A stretch of 32,000 nt of DNA from Acaryochloris thomasi RCC1774 (GTDB taxonomy: Bacteria; Cyanobacteriota; Cyanobacteriia; Thermosynechococcales; Thermosynechococcaceae): contig NZ_PQWO01000007.1 of assembly GCF_003231495.1 (NCBI RefSeq), forward strand, positions 120,001-152,000. The letters run 5' to 3'. A model generated the notes under the pieces. The model was given only the letters and a program-made list of their open reading frames with translations. It was not told the DNA's origin and did not search any database. Position 1 is the stretch's first letter; each line of letters starts with the position of its first letter. Position numbers and translations under genes: made by a program. Below are positions 8,779 to 15,945 of this stretch, piece by piece.

Positions 8779-9528
8779 GTGACAAAGTTTCTATTAGTCA
8801 CCGATCTCGATAACACGCTGGTCGGTGATCATTCAGCCCTGCAGACCCTCAACGAAAAAATTGAGCAGCATCGAATTGATTTCGGCTCTCTACTGATCTA
8901 CTCCACAGGGCGATCGCTGGCGTCTTACCGTGACCTTTGCACCCATACAAAGCTGTTAGAACCCGATGCACTCATTGTCTCGGTGGGGACTGAAATTTAC
9001 CTTGATGGGAGCAACAGTCCTGAACCTGAATGGTCTGAGCGGCTGCAGCGCCACTGGAATCGTGCCCAAATTCTAGACACCGTGACCCAGGTAGCGGATC
9101 TAGTGCCGCAATCCGATTCAGACCAGAGTGACTTCAAAGTCAGTTTCTCCGTTGATCAGAATACAGCTATAGCTGTGGTTCCCAAGCTTGAGACGGCGCT
9201 GCAAAAGCAAGCGCTGGCGGCAAAAGTTATCTATAGTGCGGGTCAGCATCTAGATATATTGCCCCAGGAGGGTGATAAAGGCGAAGCGCTACAGTTTCTG
9301 CGCCAGCGATGGCAGATCTCAGCCTTTCGCACCGCCGTCAGTGGCGATTCCGGTAACGATATAGCTCTCTTCAACTCTGGCGCAGAACGCGGAATTATCG
9401 TGGGCAATGCTCAACCAGAGCTGCGGCAGTGGCATGAGCAGAAACCGGTCAAGCACCACTATCTTGCTGATGGACACTGTGCCGCAGGAATCTTGGAAGG
9501 ACTCCGTTACTTCCGTTTCCTGTCATGA
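8779..9528 (+). CDS. spp: Sucrose-phosphate phosphatase (HAD-IIB)
   Basis: 249 aa with a GTG start 3 nt after the BI-1 stop. HAD motifs are LVTDLDNTLVGD, YSTGRS and GDSGNDIALF. It appears collinear with Synechocystis SPP as I remember it (..NAQPEL..W.......HY.A......GILEG...F.FLS). Confidence 0.85.
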   Translation: MTKFLLVTDLDNTLVGDHSALQTLNEKIEQHRIDFGSLLIYSTGRSLASYRDLCTHTKLLEPDALIVSVGTEIYLDGSNSPEPEWSERLQRHWNRAQILDTVTQVADLVPQSDSDQSDFKVSFSVDQNTAIAVVPKLETALQKQALAAKVIYSAGQHLDILPQEGDKGEALQFLRQRWQISAFRTAVSGDSGNDIALFNSGAERGIIVGNAQPELRQWHEQKPVKHHYLADGHCAAGILEGLRYFRFLS

Positions 9529-10145
9529 TTGGATATCTCAACGGCTCCGTTGTCAGTCTCCAGCCAGGAAAGCGGACGATTCTAACGCTAGAGGTCAATC
9601 AAGTCGGCTACGATTTGCAGGTGCCGACTCGGATACGACAGCAGCTCCCGGCAGGCGATGAGTTAATGCAGGTCTTTACTCATCTGCAGGTGCGAGAAGA
9701 TCAGCTCACGCTGTTCGGGTTTGCCTCTGTCGCCGAGCGCGATCTGTTCCGTCAACTGGTGGCGGTGAGCGGGATTGGACCCCAGCTTGCTCTGGCGCTG
9801 ATCGATAGCCTCGGACTGCAGGAGCTGGTGCAGGCCATCGTCAGCAGCAACACGCGCCTGCTTTCGAAGACGCCAGGGGTAGGGGCTAAGACGGCTGAAC
9901 GTATCGCCCTTGAGCTGAAAACAAAGCTATCAGAATGGCGAAATCAGGCCGGATTAACAGTGGCCCCCTCTGCCGGTCCCGTCGGCACGGTGCAGGAAGA
10001 TGTAGAAATGACGCTCCTAGCATTGGGATATTCCACCCAGGAAGTAATGCAGGCGCTGCAGCAGGTAGGACAAAATAAAGCTCTTGCTAAAAGTGATGAC
10101 GCTGAAGCCTGGATTCGAGATGCGATCGCATGGCTCAGTCAATGA
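9525..10145 (+). CDS. ruvA: Holliday junction branch migration complex subunit RuvA
   Basis: 206 aa. MIGYLNGSVV N-terminus, helix-hairpin-helix regions VSGIGPQLALAL and TPGVGAKTAERI, and a C-terminal domain III. ATGA overlap with the spp stop. Confidence 0.9.
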   Translation: MIGYLNGSVVSLQPGKRTILTLEVNQVGYDLQVPTRIRQQLPAGDELMQVFTHLQVREDQLTLFGFASVAERDLFRQLVAVSGIGPQLALALIDSLGLQELVQAIVSSNTRLLSKTPGVGAKTAERIALELKTKLSEWRNQAGLTVAPSAGPVGTVQEDVEMTLLALGYSTQEVMQALQQVGQNKALAKSDDAEAWIRDAIAWLSQ

Positions 10146-10615
10146 CCGAAAATAGTTGGATTACCCTCGCAGCCCAGTTAGTTCACGGCTATGGCGTGGC
10201 CTCAGGCCGAGCGACCCATTCCCCTTATCCCCAAGGCACTATTGCACTCCAGACGCCTCATTTCCTGGAGCTTGGCTTAGATTTGAGGGGTTACTATCCC
10301 GGCACCCTGAATCTCTCCATCGCTCCATATGACCTGCAACTGCGTCAGCCTCGTTGGACCTTTCCGCTCGTAGAATGGTTCCCCAATGTCTGCGAAACGT
10401 TCTCGTTCTCTCCCTGTCGGCTTGTTATCAAAGAGGTAAGCGTGAATGGGCTAATCTACTATCCCCATCCAGATACGAAGCCAGCCCACTTCCAAGATCC
10501 CAGCATTGTTGAAGTGCTGGCTCCTTATATAGGCGATCTGGATCAAACATCAATGATTTCTCTCGAAGTCAAAGCCCAAGAAATTAGAATTCAAAGCCCT
10601 GGCTTGACTCGATAG
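10142..10615 (+). CDS. Hypothetical protein with DUF120 / CTP-dependent riboflavin-kinase-like motifs
   Basis: The ORF track starts at 10130. I prefer the ATG at 10142, which forms an ATGA overlap with the ruvA stop. Motifs GYGVASGR, YYPGTLNLSI and H....IVEVLAPYI match my memory of archaeal RibK (MJ0056: VSGLGEG, YEGTLNLKL, H..EIIEIIAP). The function is not established. Confidence 0.5.
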   Translation: MTENSWITLAAQLVHGYGVASGRATHSPYPQGTIALQTPHFLELGLDLRGYYPGTLNLSIAPYDLQLRQPRWTFPLVEWFPNVCETFSFSPCRLVIKEVSVNGLIYYPHPDTKPAHFQDPSIVEVLAPYIGDLDQTSMISLEVKAQEIRIQSPGLTR

Positions 10616-11133
10616 CCTTTAGAGATGATAGCGATCGCAAGTCCTATGCCTAGCTACCTCAAAGCGATCAACCCGTAGACCAATCCAGATTTTTAAAAAC
10701 ATCCCAAGAAATATCTTCGATCGCACCACAGTACTGGCGGCGGCGTTCCACATTGGCGTCTTAGTGAGAAATTCCTGACTCTAGCAACACCTCTCGAACT
10801 AAACTGATGCCCTGCAGAACCTAGATTGAGATATACACCGTTGTCCGCAAAAAGGTCAGAATATCTTGATTCAAGTCACCAAGGCTCTGCTCTACTGTAG
10901 GGTGGTTCATGCGGACCAGCCGATTGGTATCGACGGTATACCGCTGAGGCACTGCCCTCAAGCTCTAAGGACTTGAACCATTAGATGAATTTTTTGAAGG
11001 GCTATTTTAAGCAAAACCTAGTGGTTTGCTAGCCCGACTATAGGATTCACAGTCAGAATCCGTAATATACCTAGTGCAAGTGTTGCCTAGCACTAGTGTC
11101 AATTTAAGTAAGAAATTGTTACTATTGATGAAG

Positions 11134-11162
11134 TTCTAGATTAGAATTGTTCTGAGATAGAA
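11134..11162. promoter_or_regulatory. Tandem 13-bp inverted-repeat boxes (candidate operator) overlapping a TAGAAT -10-like hexamer upstream of the peroxiredoxin gene
   Basis: TTCTAGATTAGAA (11134-11146) and TTCTGAGATAGAA (11150-11162) are separated by TTG. TAGAAT lies at 11142-11147. A good RBS, AAGAGGAA, lies 5 nt before the ATG at 11224. Confidence 0.3.
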
Positions 11163-11223
11163 GGGCGCAGTGATTTTACATCTGAAGCCCACCGACGTAC
11201 TAGTTAGAAATTAAGAGGAATTT

Positions 11224-11760
11224 ATGGCTGTTATCGCCTACGAAAGAGTCCCCAGCGTTACCTTTAAAACCCGCGTCCGTGACGAGTCCATTGGTGGAGA
11301 CAATCCCTTCCGTTGGCATGATCTCACGACTGATGATATTTTTGCCGGCAAGCGTGTTGTTGTTTTCTCTTTACCAGGAGCCTTCACGCCCACCTGCTCT
11401 GCTAGTCATCTGCCTCGTTATGAAGAGCTTTATGATGAATTTAAGTCTTTAGGGGTTGATGCGGTTGTCTGTATCTCCGTTAACGATGCCTTTGTGATGT
11501 ATCAGTGGGGCAAGCATCAGGGCGCGAAAAACGTCTTCCTGCTGCCGGATGGTAACGGTGACTTTACGCGCAAAATGGGAATGCTGGTCAGCAAAGACAA
11601 TCTTGGCTTTGGCATGCGGTCTTGGCGCTACTCAATGGTTGTCGCTGATGGCAACATCGAAAAAGTGTTTGTTGAATCTGAATTCGGCGACAACTGTCCC
11701 ACCGATCCTTTTGAGGTTTCTGACGCGGATACTATGCTTGCCTACCTAAAGGATAGCTAG
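11224..11760 (+). CDS. Type II (Prx5-like) peroxiredoxin
   Basis: 178 aa. The peroxidatic-Cys motif is [10 protein letters not shown]. The protein resembles Synechocystis type II Prx and plant PrxII throughout. Confidence 0.9.
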   Translation: MAVIAYERVPSVTFKTRVRDESIGGDNPFRWHDLTTDDIFAGKRVVVFSLPGAFTPTCSASHLPRYEELYDEFKSLGVDAVVCISVNDAFVMYQWGKHQGAKNVFLLPDGNGDFTRKMGMLVSKDNLGFGMRSWRYSMVVADGNIEKVFVESEFGDNCPTDPFEVSDADTMLAYLKDS

Positions 11761-12000
11761 TTTCTAGGGCCTTCGATTGATTGAATATTAAAGCTGCTCT
11801 CTAAAAACATTAGCAATTTTTATGTGAAGGGGATGCAGCTCATTTGGGGCAGGCGCTGAAGCTCTCAGTGTTTGCCCTGATTTCTATCTTAGGAATAAGG
11901 AATGCAGGGCATCTGTCCAGCATTTAGAGAAGATGTGAGGCGGCATTGAAGTTTTTGATTATTGCGCATACTCTATTTTGCATACCGCGTGGAGAAGGTT

Positions 12001-13374
12001 ATGAATTACGATTTTGACTTGTTTGTGATCGGAGCCGGCTCTGGCGGGGTTGCAACTGCTCGCCGAGCTGCCTCCCATGGTGCCAAGGTTGGTGTTGTCG
12101 AGTTTGATCGATTGGGGGGCACCTGCGTCAATCGAGGATGTGTCCCCAAAAAGCTAATGGTTTATGCCTCTCACTTCCCTGAGCAGTTCACTGCCTCTCA
12201 GGGCTATGGCTGGAGCCCGGTAGAGAGTACTTTAGATTGGTCCAAAATGTTGACCGCCGTTAATGGTGAGGTGGCGCGCCTCAACGGTATTTACGAGCGT
12301 ATGTTAGATAATTCCCATGTTAAGGTTTTTCGAGGGTACGGTCAGTTTGTTGATTCTCACACGATTGCGATTCTTGACCCAGAAGATCCGACGGTAACGC
12401 TACACCAGGTCACGGCCGAGAAAATCTTGATCGCGGTGGGCGGTGTTCCTGTAAAAGCTGATATCCCGGGGGTTGAGCATGCGATTACTTCCGACGATAT
12501 TTTTTATCTTGCTCAGCAGCCCCAGCGACTGGCTGTGATTGGGGGTGGTTACATCGGGGTTGAATTCGCGGGTGTTCTCAACGGAATGGGGTCTGAAGTG
12601 ACTCAGATTATTCGCGCGGATAAGATTCTCCGGGGATTCGACGAAGATTTGCGGACAGAGATTCAAGAGGGGATGCAAAAGCACGGCATCAAAATCTTGA
12701 ATAACATGCAGGATATGGCCATCGAAAAAACTAAAGACGGCCTGCAACTGACGGTTCGAGGTGACTCTGAAGAGACAGTTATTGTTGATGCTGTAAGCTT
12801 GGCAGCTACAGGCCGCAAGCCGCGATTAGAACGTCTAGGCTTAGAAAATACTCAGGTCAATGTCTCGGACGGTGCGATTACCGTTGATGCCTATAACGAA
12901 ACGGCTGAACCCCATATTTTTGCAGTGGGGGACTGCACTGATCGGATCAATCTCACACCAGTGGCTATCAATGAAGGCCGAGCCTTTGCTGACACTCATT
13001 TCGGTGGTAAACCTCGGAAGATGAACTACGAGAATATCCCCACGGCGGTGTTCTCAACTCCTGAGGCTGCGACTGTGGGCTTGACGGAAGCTGAAGCTGC
13101 ACAGAAATTTGGCGAGGCGGCTATTCAGGTCTATAAAAGCCGATTCCGGCCGATGTATTACACGCTCCCGGATATGGATGTCAAAACGCTGATGAAGCTG
13201 GTGGTTAATCGTAATACTGAGAAGGTGTTGGGGGTTCATATGGTGGGTGATTCTGCCGCTGAGATTATTCAAGGTATGGCGATAGCGGTCAAGATGGGGG
13301 CAACTAAGGCTGATTTTGATGCCACGGTTGGGATTCATCCCAGTTCTGCAGAAGAGTTTGTGACTATGCGGTAG
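12001..13374 (+). CDS. gor: Glutathione-disulfide reductase
   Basis: The ORF track begins at 11962. I prefer the ATG at 12001 (MNYDFDLFVIGAGSGGVA, an FAD GxGxxG motif). Redox-active GGTCVNRGCVPKK, NADPH site GGGYIGVEFAG...IRADKILR, and a C-terminal HPSSAEEFVTMR. Confidence 0.9.
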   Translation: MNYDFDLFVIGAGSGGVATARRAASHGAKVGVVEFDRLGGTCVNRGCVPKKLMVYASHFPEQFTASQGYGWSPVESTLDWSKMLTAVNGEVARLNGIYERMLDNSHVKVFRGYGQFVDSHTIAILDPEDPTVTLHQVTAEKILIAVGGVPVKADIPGVEHAITSDDIFYLAQQPQRLAVIGGGYIGVEFAGVLNGMGSEVTQIIRADKILRGFDEDLRTEIQEGMQKHGIKILNNMQDMAIEKTKDGLQLTVRGDSEETVIVDAVSLAATGRKPRLERLGLENTQVNVSDGAITVDAYNETAEPHIFAVGDCTDRINLTPVAINEGRAFADTHFGGKPRKMNYENIPTAVFSTPEAATVGLTEAEAAQKFGEAAIQVYKSRFRPMYYTLPDMDVKTLMKLVVNRNTEKVLGVHMVGDSAAEIIQGMAIAVKMGATKADFDATVGIHPSSAEEFVTMR

Positions 13375-13536
13375 CTTTCGCTCTGTGCGTAGAGTTTAGA
13401 TGCGATCGCAAACAATAAGGCTGTAAAGCATCTAACTCATCGATAACCTTTGAGGCTTCCCTTGAGTTCAATTGTTGCGACTTCATGACATCATGAAAGA
13501 GACAGTTGCGAGATGCTCTAGGGTGATCTCCGTAGA

Positions 13537-13550
13537 AATACGTACGTATT
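13537..13550. repeat. Perfect 14-bp palindrome AATACGTACGTATT
   Basis: Self-complementary on direct reading. A second palindrome, TTCATGA-CA-TCATGAA, lies at 13482-13497. Both are upstream of the candidate promoter at 13616. Confidence 0.6.
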
Positions 13551-13615
13551 GTGTATTTTCTTTGCTGGTGCATAAATCGGTGGATACTTGCCCCTATCGA
13601 GTCGGGTGCCAATCG

Positions 13616-13644
13616 TTGCAAATATTAAGTGCTCTCCGTATAAA
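13616..13644 (+). promoter_or_regulatory. Candidate sigma-70-type promoter (TTGCAA-N17-TATAAA)
   Basis: -35 TTGCAA at 13616-13621, an exactly 17-nt spacer, and -10 TATAAA at 13639-13644. It sits in a gene-free convergent gap. Confidence 0.4.
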
Positions 13645-13650
13645 TACGCA

Positions 13651-13950
13651 GGTAGCTGCAGTCCTTGCTAAAAAAGAGTCTTCTGGGTTCCGTATTTACA
13701 CGGTACAGAAGAAAAATCAGAGGCATTAGTATTAGATTGTTGGGCTGTCATACCCCCCGCATTTAAGCCCAGATGAGTCCCCGAAATGGCAACTTCTTCC
13801 GAAAGGAGAGGACGCAAATTAGCAGGCCTAAGCTACCCAGCTTTTAGGTGTATGGACGCTGCTAATACCGAAGGGACTTTACATCTATATCAAACATTAA
13901 ATGGAGACAGTGGGCCGGTAGATGGCACGGCTGTCTCCATTAGTTTTATT
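13651..13950 (+). ncRNA. Candidate ~300-nt small RNA (unclassified), bounded by the promoter at 13616-13644 and the hairpin at 13901-13940
   Basis: Only the promoter-to-terminator geometry supports this. It contains internal hairpins, for example TGGGCT..AGCCCA near 13741-13772. I saw no match to tmRNA, RNase P, SRP or 6S signature motifs. Confidence 0.3.
13901..13950. terminator. Bidirectional hairpin terminator (10-bp stem) between the candidate sRNA and tsaD
   Basis: ATGGAGACAG-N20-CTGTCTCCAT is followed by TAGTTTTATT on the + strand and TTAATGTTTG on the - strand. It lies 74 nt beyond the tsaD stop. Confidence 0.55.
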
Positions 13951-14013
13951 GAGGGTCGCCGCTATTTTGATTCAAGAGACCCTGTATGGCTTAGAGCAAA
14001 GTAACGATCTCAG

Positions 14014-15057
14014 CTATGGCTGATAGAGGTCCATGATATTTGCGATCGCCATCCGAGACTGAGCGCCCAGCGTCAGCTTAGAAGTGTGGGCGCGCTCTAG
14101 ATGCTCAGCTCCTGCACAACCAATCATCGCTGCGTTGTCTGTGCAGAGTGATATGGGCGGAAACAGGACCTGAAGACCCTGCTTTTGAGCTGCCTGCTGC
14201 AGCTGCTGTCGTAGGCCACTGTTCGCCGCGACCCCGCCTCCGACGACAATGGTTCGCAGCCCTCGGTCCAGGGCACAGGCAATGGTGCGTTGCGTTAATG
14301 CTTTCGCTACTGTTCGCTGGAAGCTTGCCGCTAAATCAGCCGTGGGCAGAATGGGTTCAGTTTCGCGTAATTTTTCAACTAAGCGTAAAACCGCTGTCTT
14401 TAAACCACTGAAGCTAGAGTCGTAGGGATGAAAACCGCCACCCGGCAGCGAAATTTTGCCCTCAGGTAGACGAAAAGCGTCAGGATTGCCCGTTTGTGCA
14501 AGCTGATCAATAGCAGGACCGCCCGGGTAGCCCAGATCTAGAAGGCGAGCGACTTTATCGAAGGCTTCCCCAACGGCATCGTCGCGCGTCTGCCCTAGCG
14601 TTGTGTAGCAGCCGTGGTCTTTGACTTCAATCAGGCTTGTATGTCCTCCCGAGACGAGTAAACAAAGAAAGGGAGGCTGCAGGTCTGGGTTCTCTAGGCA
14701 GGACGCATAAATGTGCCCTTCTAAATGGTGAATGCCAATCAGAGGTTTATCGTGGAGCATTGCTAGGGTTTTCGCCACGGTCAAACCCACCAAGAGCGCG
14801 CCCACAAGTCCTGGCGCACAGGTTACAGCAATGCCATCAATGTGCGTCCAGCTTGATTTTGATTGTTCCAGAGCTTGAGCCACTAGAGAATTAATGGCTT
14901 CTACATGCTGTCGAGAGGCGATTTCAGGAACCACACCCCCATAGGGGCGATGTTGAGCCACCTGGGAGGCGACAAGATGACTAAGAATGTGACGTTTTCT
15001 TACAACTGCCACGGCAGTTTCGTCACAACTCGTTTCAATTGCTAAAACGGTTGCCAT
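14014..15057 (-). CDS. tsaD: tRNA N6-adenosine threonylcarbamoyltransferase TsaD (Kae1/Gcp family)
   Basis: 347 aa. [19 protein letters not shown], the metal-binding HHLEGHI, and LLVSGGHT. Confidence 0.9.
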   Translation of the reverse strand: MATVLAIETSCDETAVAVVRKRHILSHLVASQVAQHRPYGGVVPEIASRQHVEAINSLVAQALEQSKSSWTHIDGIAVTCAPGLVGALLVGLTVAKTLAMLHDKPLIGIHHLEGHIYASCLENPDLQPPFLCLLVSGGHTSLIEVKDHGCYTTLGQTRDDAVGEAFDKVARLLDLGYPGGPAIDQLAQTGNPDAFRLPEGKISLPGGGFHPYDSSFSGLKTAVLRLVEKLRETEPILPTADLAASFQRTVAKALTQRTIACALDRGLRTIVVGGGVAANSGLRQQLQQAAQKQGLQVLFPPISLCTDNAAMIGCAGAEHLERAHTSKLTLGAQSRMAIANIMDLYQP

Positions 15058-15221
15058 TTACTGGTAACGTCTTTTAATGAGCGGGTCTGTTACAGGAGGC
15101 TTTGACTCTTCGCTGGAGAAATTCGTGAAGAGCGCGGCTGCTGTCAATGTAATGGGCTTGGTCATATAAAAGCAATCATTTTTGCTCAATAAACTTCTTT
15201 TGTGACTAAGGGAAACAATTT

Positions 15222-15719
15222 ATGCGTCGATTGTTTGCTCTCATTCTTACATTTACGTTGTGGGTTGGGTTCGCAGCCCCTGCCTCTGCGGATGTAGCTG
15301 GTCTGGTTCCCTGCAGTGAATCACCAGCATTTCAAGCGCGAGCCGCCCAGGCCCGTGCCACAACTGCTGACCCCGAGTCTGGTACTAAGCGCTTTGAGCG
15401 CTATGGTGCAGCCTCCTGTGGTGCTGATGATGGCCTTCCTCGCATTATCGCAGACGGTCGTTTGAGTCATGTGGGTGATTTTACGATTCCTGGCTTGATG
15501 TTTCTCTACATTGCGGGCTGGATTGGTAACGCTGGTCGAGCTTACCTAATAGCCAATAAAAAAGAGAAAAATCCTGGCGAGGGTGAAATTAACATTAATG
15601 TCTCCCTTGCGTTTGGCTGCATGATGGGGGCCGCTGCATGGCCGCTCACGGCTTTCCGGGAATTCAGTACGGGGCAGTTAACCGTTCCTGATGATGAGAT
15701 CACCGTATCGCCTCGATAG
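15222..15719 (+). CDS. psaF: Photosystem I reaction centre subunit III (PsaF)
   Basis: 165 aa. Signal peptide, then [14 protein letters not shown]..., [10 protein letters not shown] and a C-terminal ITVSPR. Closely collinear with Synechocystis PsaF as I remember it. Confidence 0.95.
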   Translation: MRRLFALILTFTLWVGFAAPASADVAGLVPCSESPAFQARAAQARATTADPESGTKRFERYGAASCGADDGLPRIIADGRLSHVGDFTIPGLMFLYIAGWIGNAGRAYLIANKKEKNPGEGEININVSLAFGCMMGAAAWPLTAFREFSTGQLTVPDDEITVSPR

Positions 15720-15756
15720 GTGCTGCGCTGTTGCTATTTGATTGAGAGAAAATTTC

Positions 15757-15867
15757 ATGAAAATTCTAACCTCAGCCCCAGTTCTAGCGCTCACCTGGAT
15801 CTGGTTTACTGCGGGCATCTTGGTGGAAGTGAATCGCTTCTTCCCTGATATCCTTTTTCATCCCTAG
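15757..15867 (+). CDS. psaJ: Photosystem I subunit IX (PsaJ)
   Basis: A 36-aa ORF, below the ORF-track cutoff: [36 protein letters not shown]. It carries the PsaJ signature (TAGIL.E.NRF.PD.LFHP) and sits 37 nt after psaF. Confidence 0.85.
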   Translation: MKILTSAPVLALTWIWFTAGILVEVNRFFPDILFHP

Positions 15868-15897
15868 GTTTAGAGGCAACTTGCCCAAAAGCCTTCT

Positions 15898-15934
15898 AAA
15901 ATGCCTGAGAGTATACTCTCAGGCATTTTAGTTT
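15898..15934 (+). terminator. Rho-independent terminator of psaF-psaJ (perfect 32-nt palindrome plus T tract)
   Basis: AAAATGCCTGAGAGTA|TACTCTCAGGCATTTT (15898-15929) followed by AGTTT. It starts 31 nt after the psaJ stop. Confidence 0.8.
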
Positions 15935-15945
15935 GCCCTATCTGT

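Noticed and set aside
10671-10964. A minus-strand reading frame of 98 codons interrupted by exactly two in-frame stops (TAG at 10823-10821, TAA at 10763-10761). It reads ..AVPQRYTVDTNRLVRMNHPTVEQSLGDLNQDILTFLRTTVYISI*VLQGISLVREVLLESGISH*DANVERRRQYCGAIEDISWDVFKNLDWSTG*. It could be a decayed gene, perhaps toxin-antitoxin-like.
   Set aside because: Two stops in 98 codons is not clearly fewer than the roughly 4-5 expected by chance, and I recognise no protein family in the translation. It would need a tBLASTn/BLASTX hit to be believed.
13786-14004. 72-aa ORF in the gor-tsaD gap.
   Set aside because: It runs straight through the 10-bp-stem terminator hairpin at 13901-13940. It has no RBS and no recognisable motif, and its composition does not look protein-like. 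I treat the region as non-coding.
13375-14013. Checked whether the gap encodes a known structured RNA (tRNA, tmRNA, RNase P RNA, SRP RNA, 6S, or a common riboswitch).
   Set aside because: I found no GGTTCGAAT-type T-arm, no GGGGCTG...tag-peptide region, no GAGGAAAGTCCGGGC and no SRP GGAA/AGCA motif. There is also no downstream gene for a riboswitch to control. It remains unclassified rather than assigned.
15901-15945. The ORF-track start codon for nnr at 15901 (MPESILSGILVCPIC...).
   Set aside because: These codons are the two arms of the perfect psaJ terminator palindrome, and the encoded residues are not part of the conserved YjeF_N domain. I moved the start to 15946.
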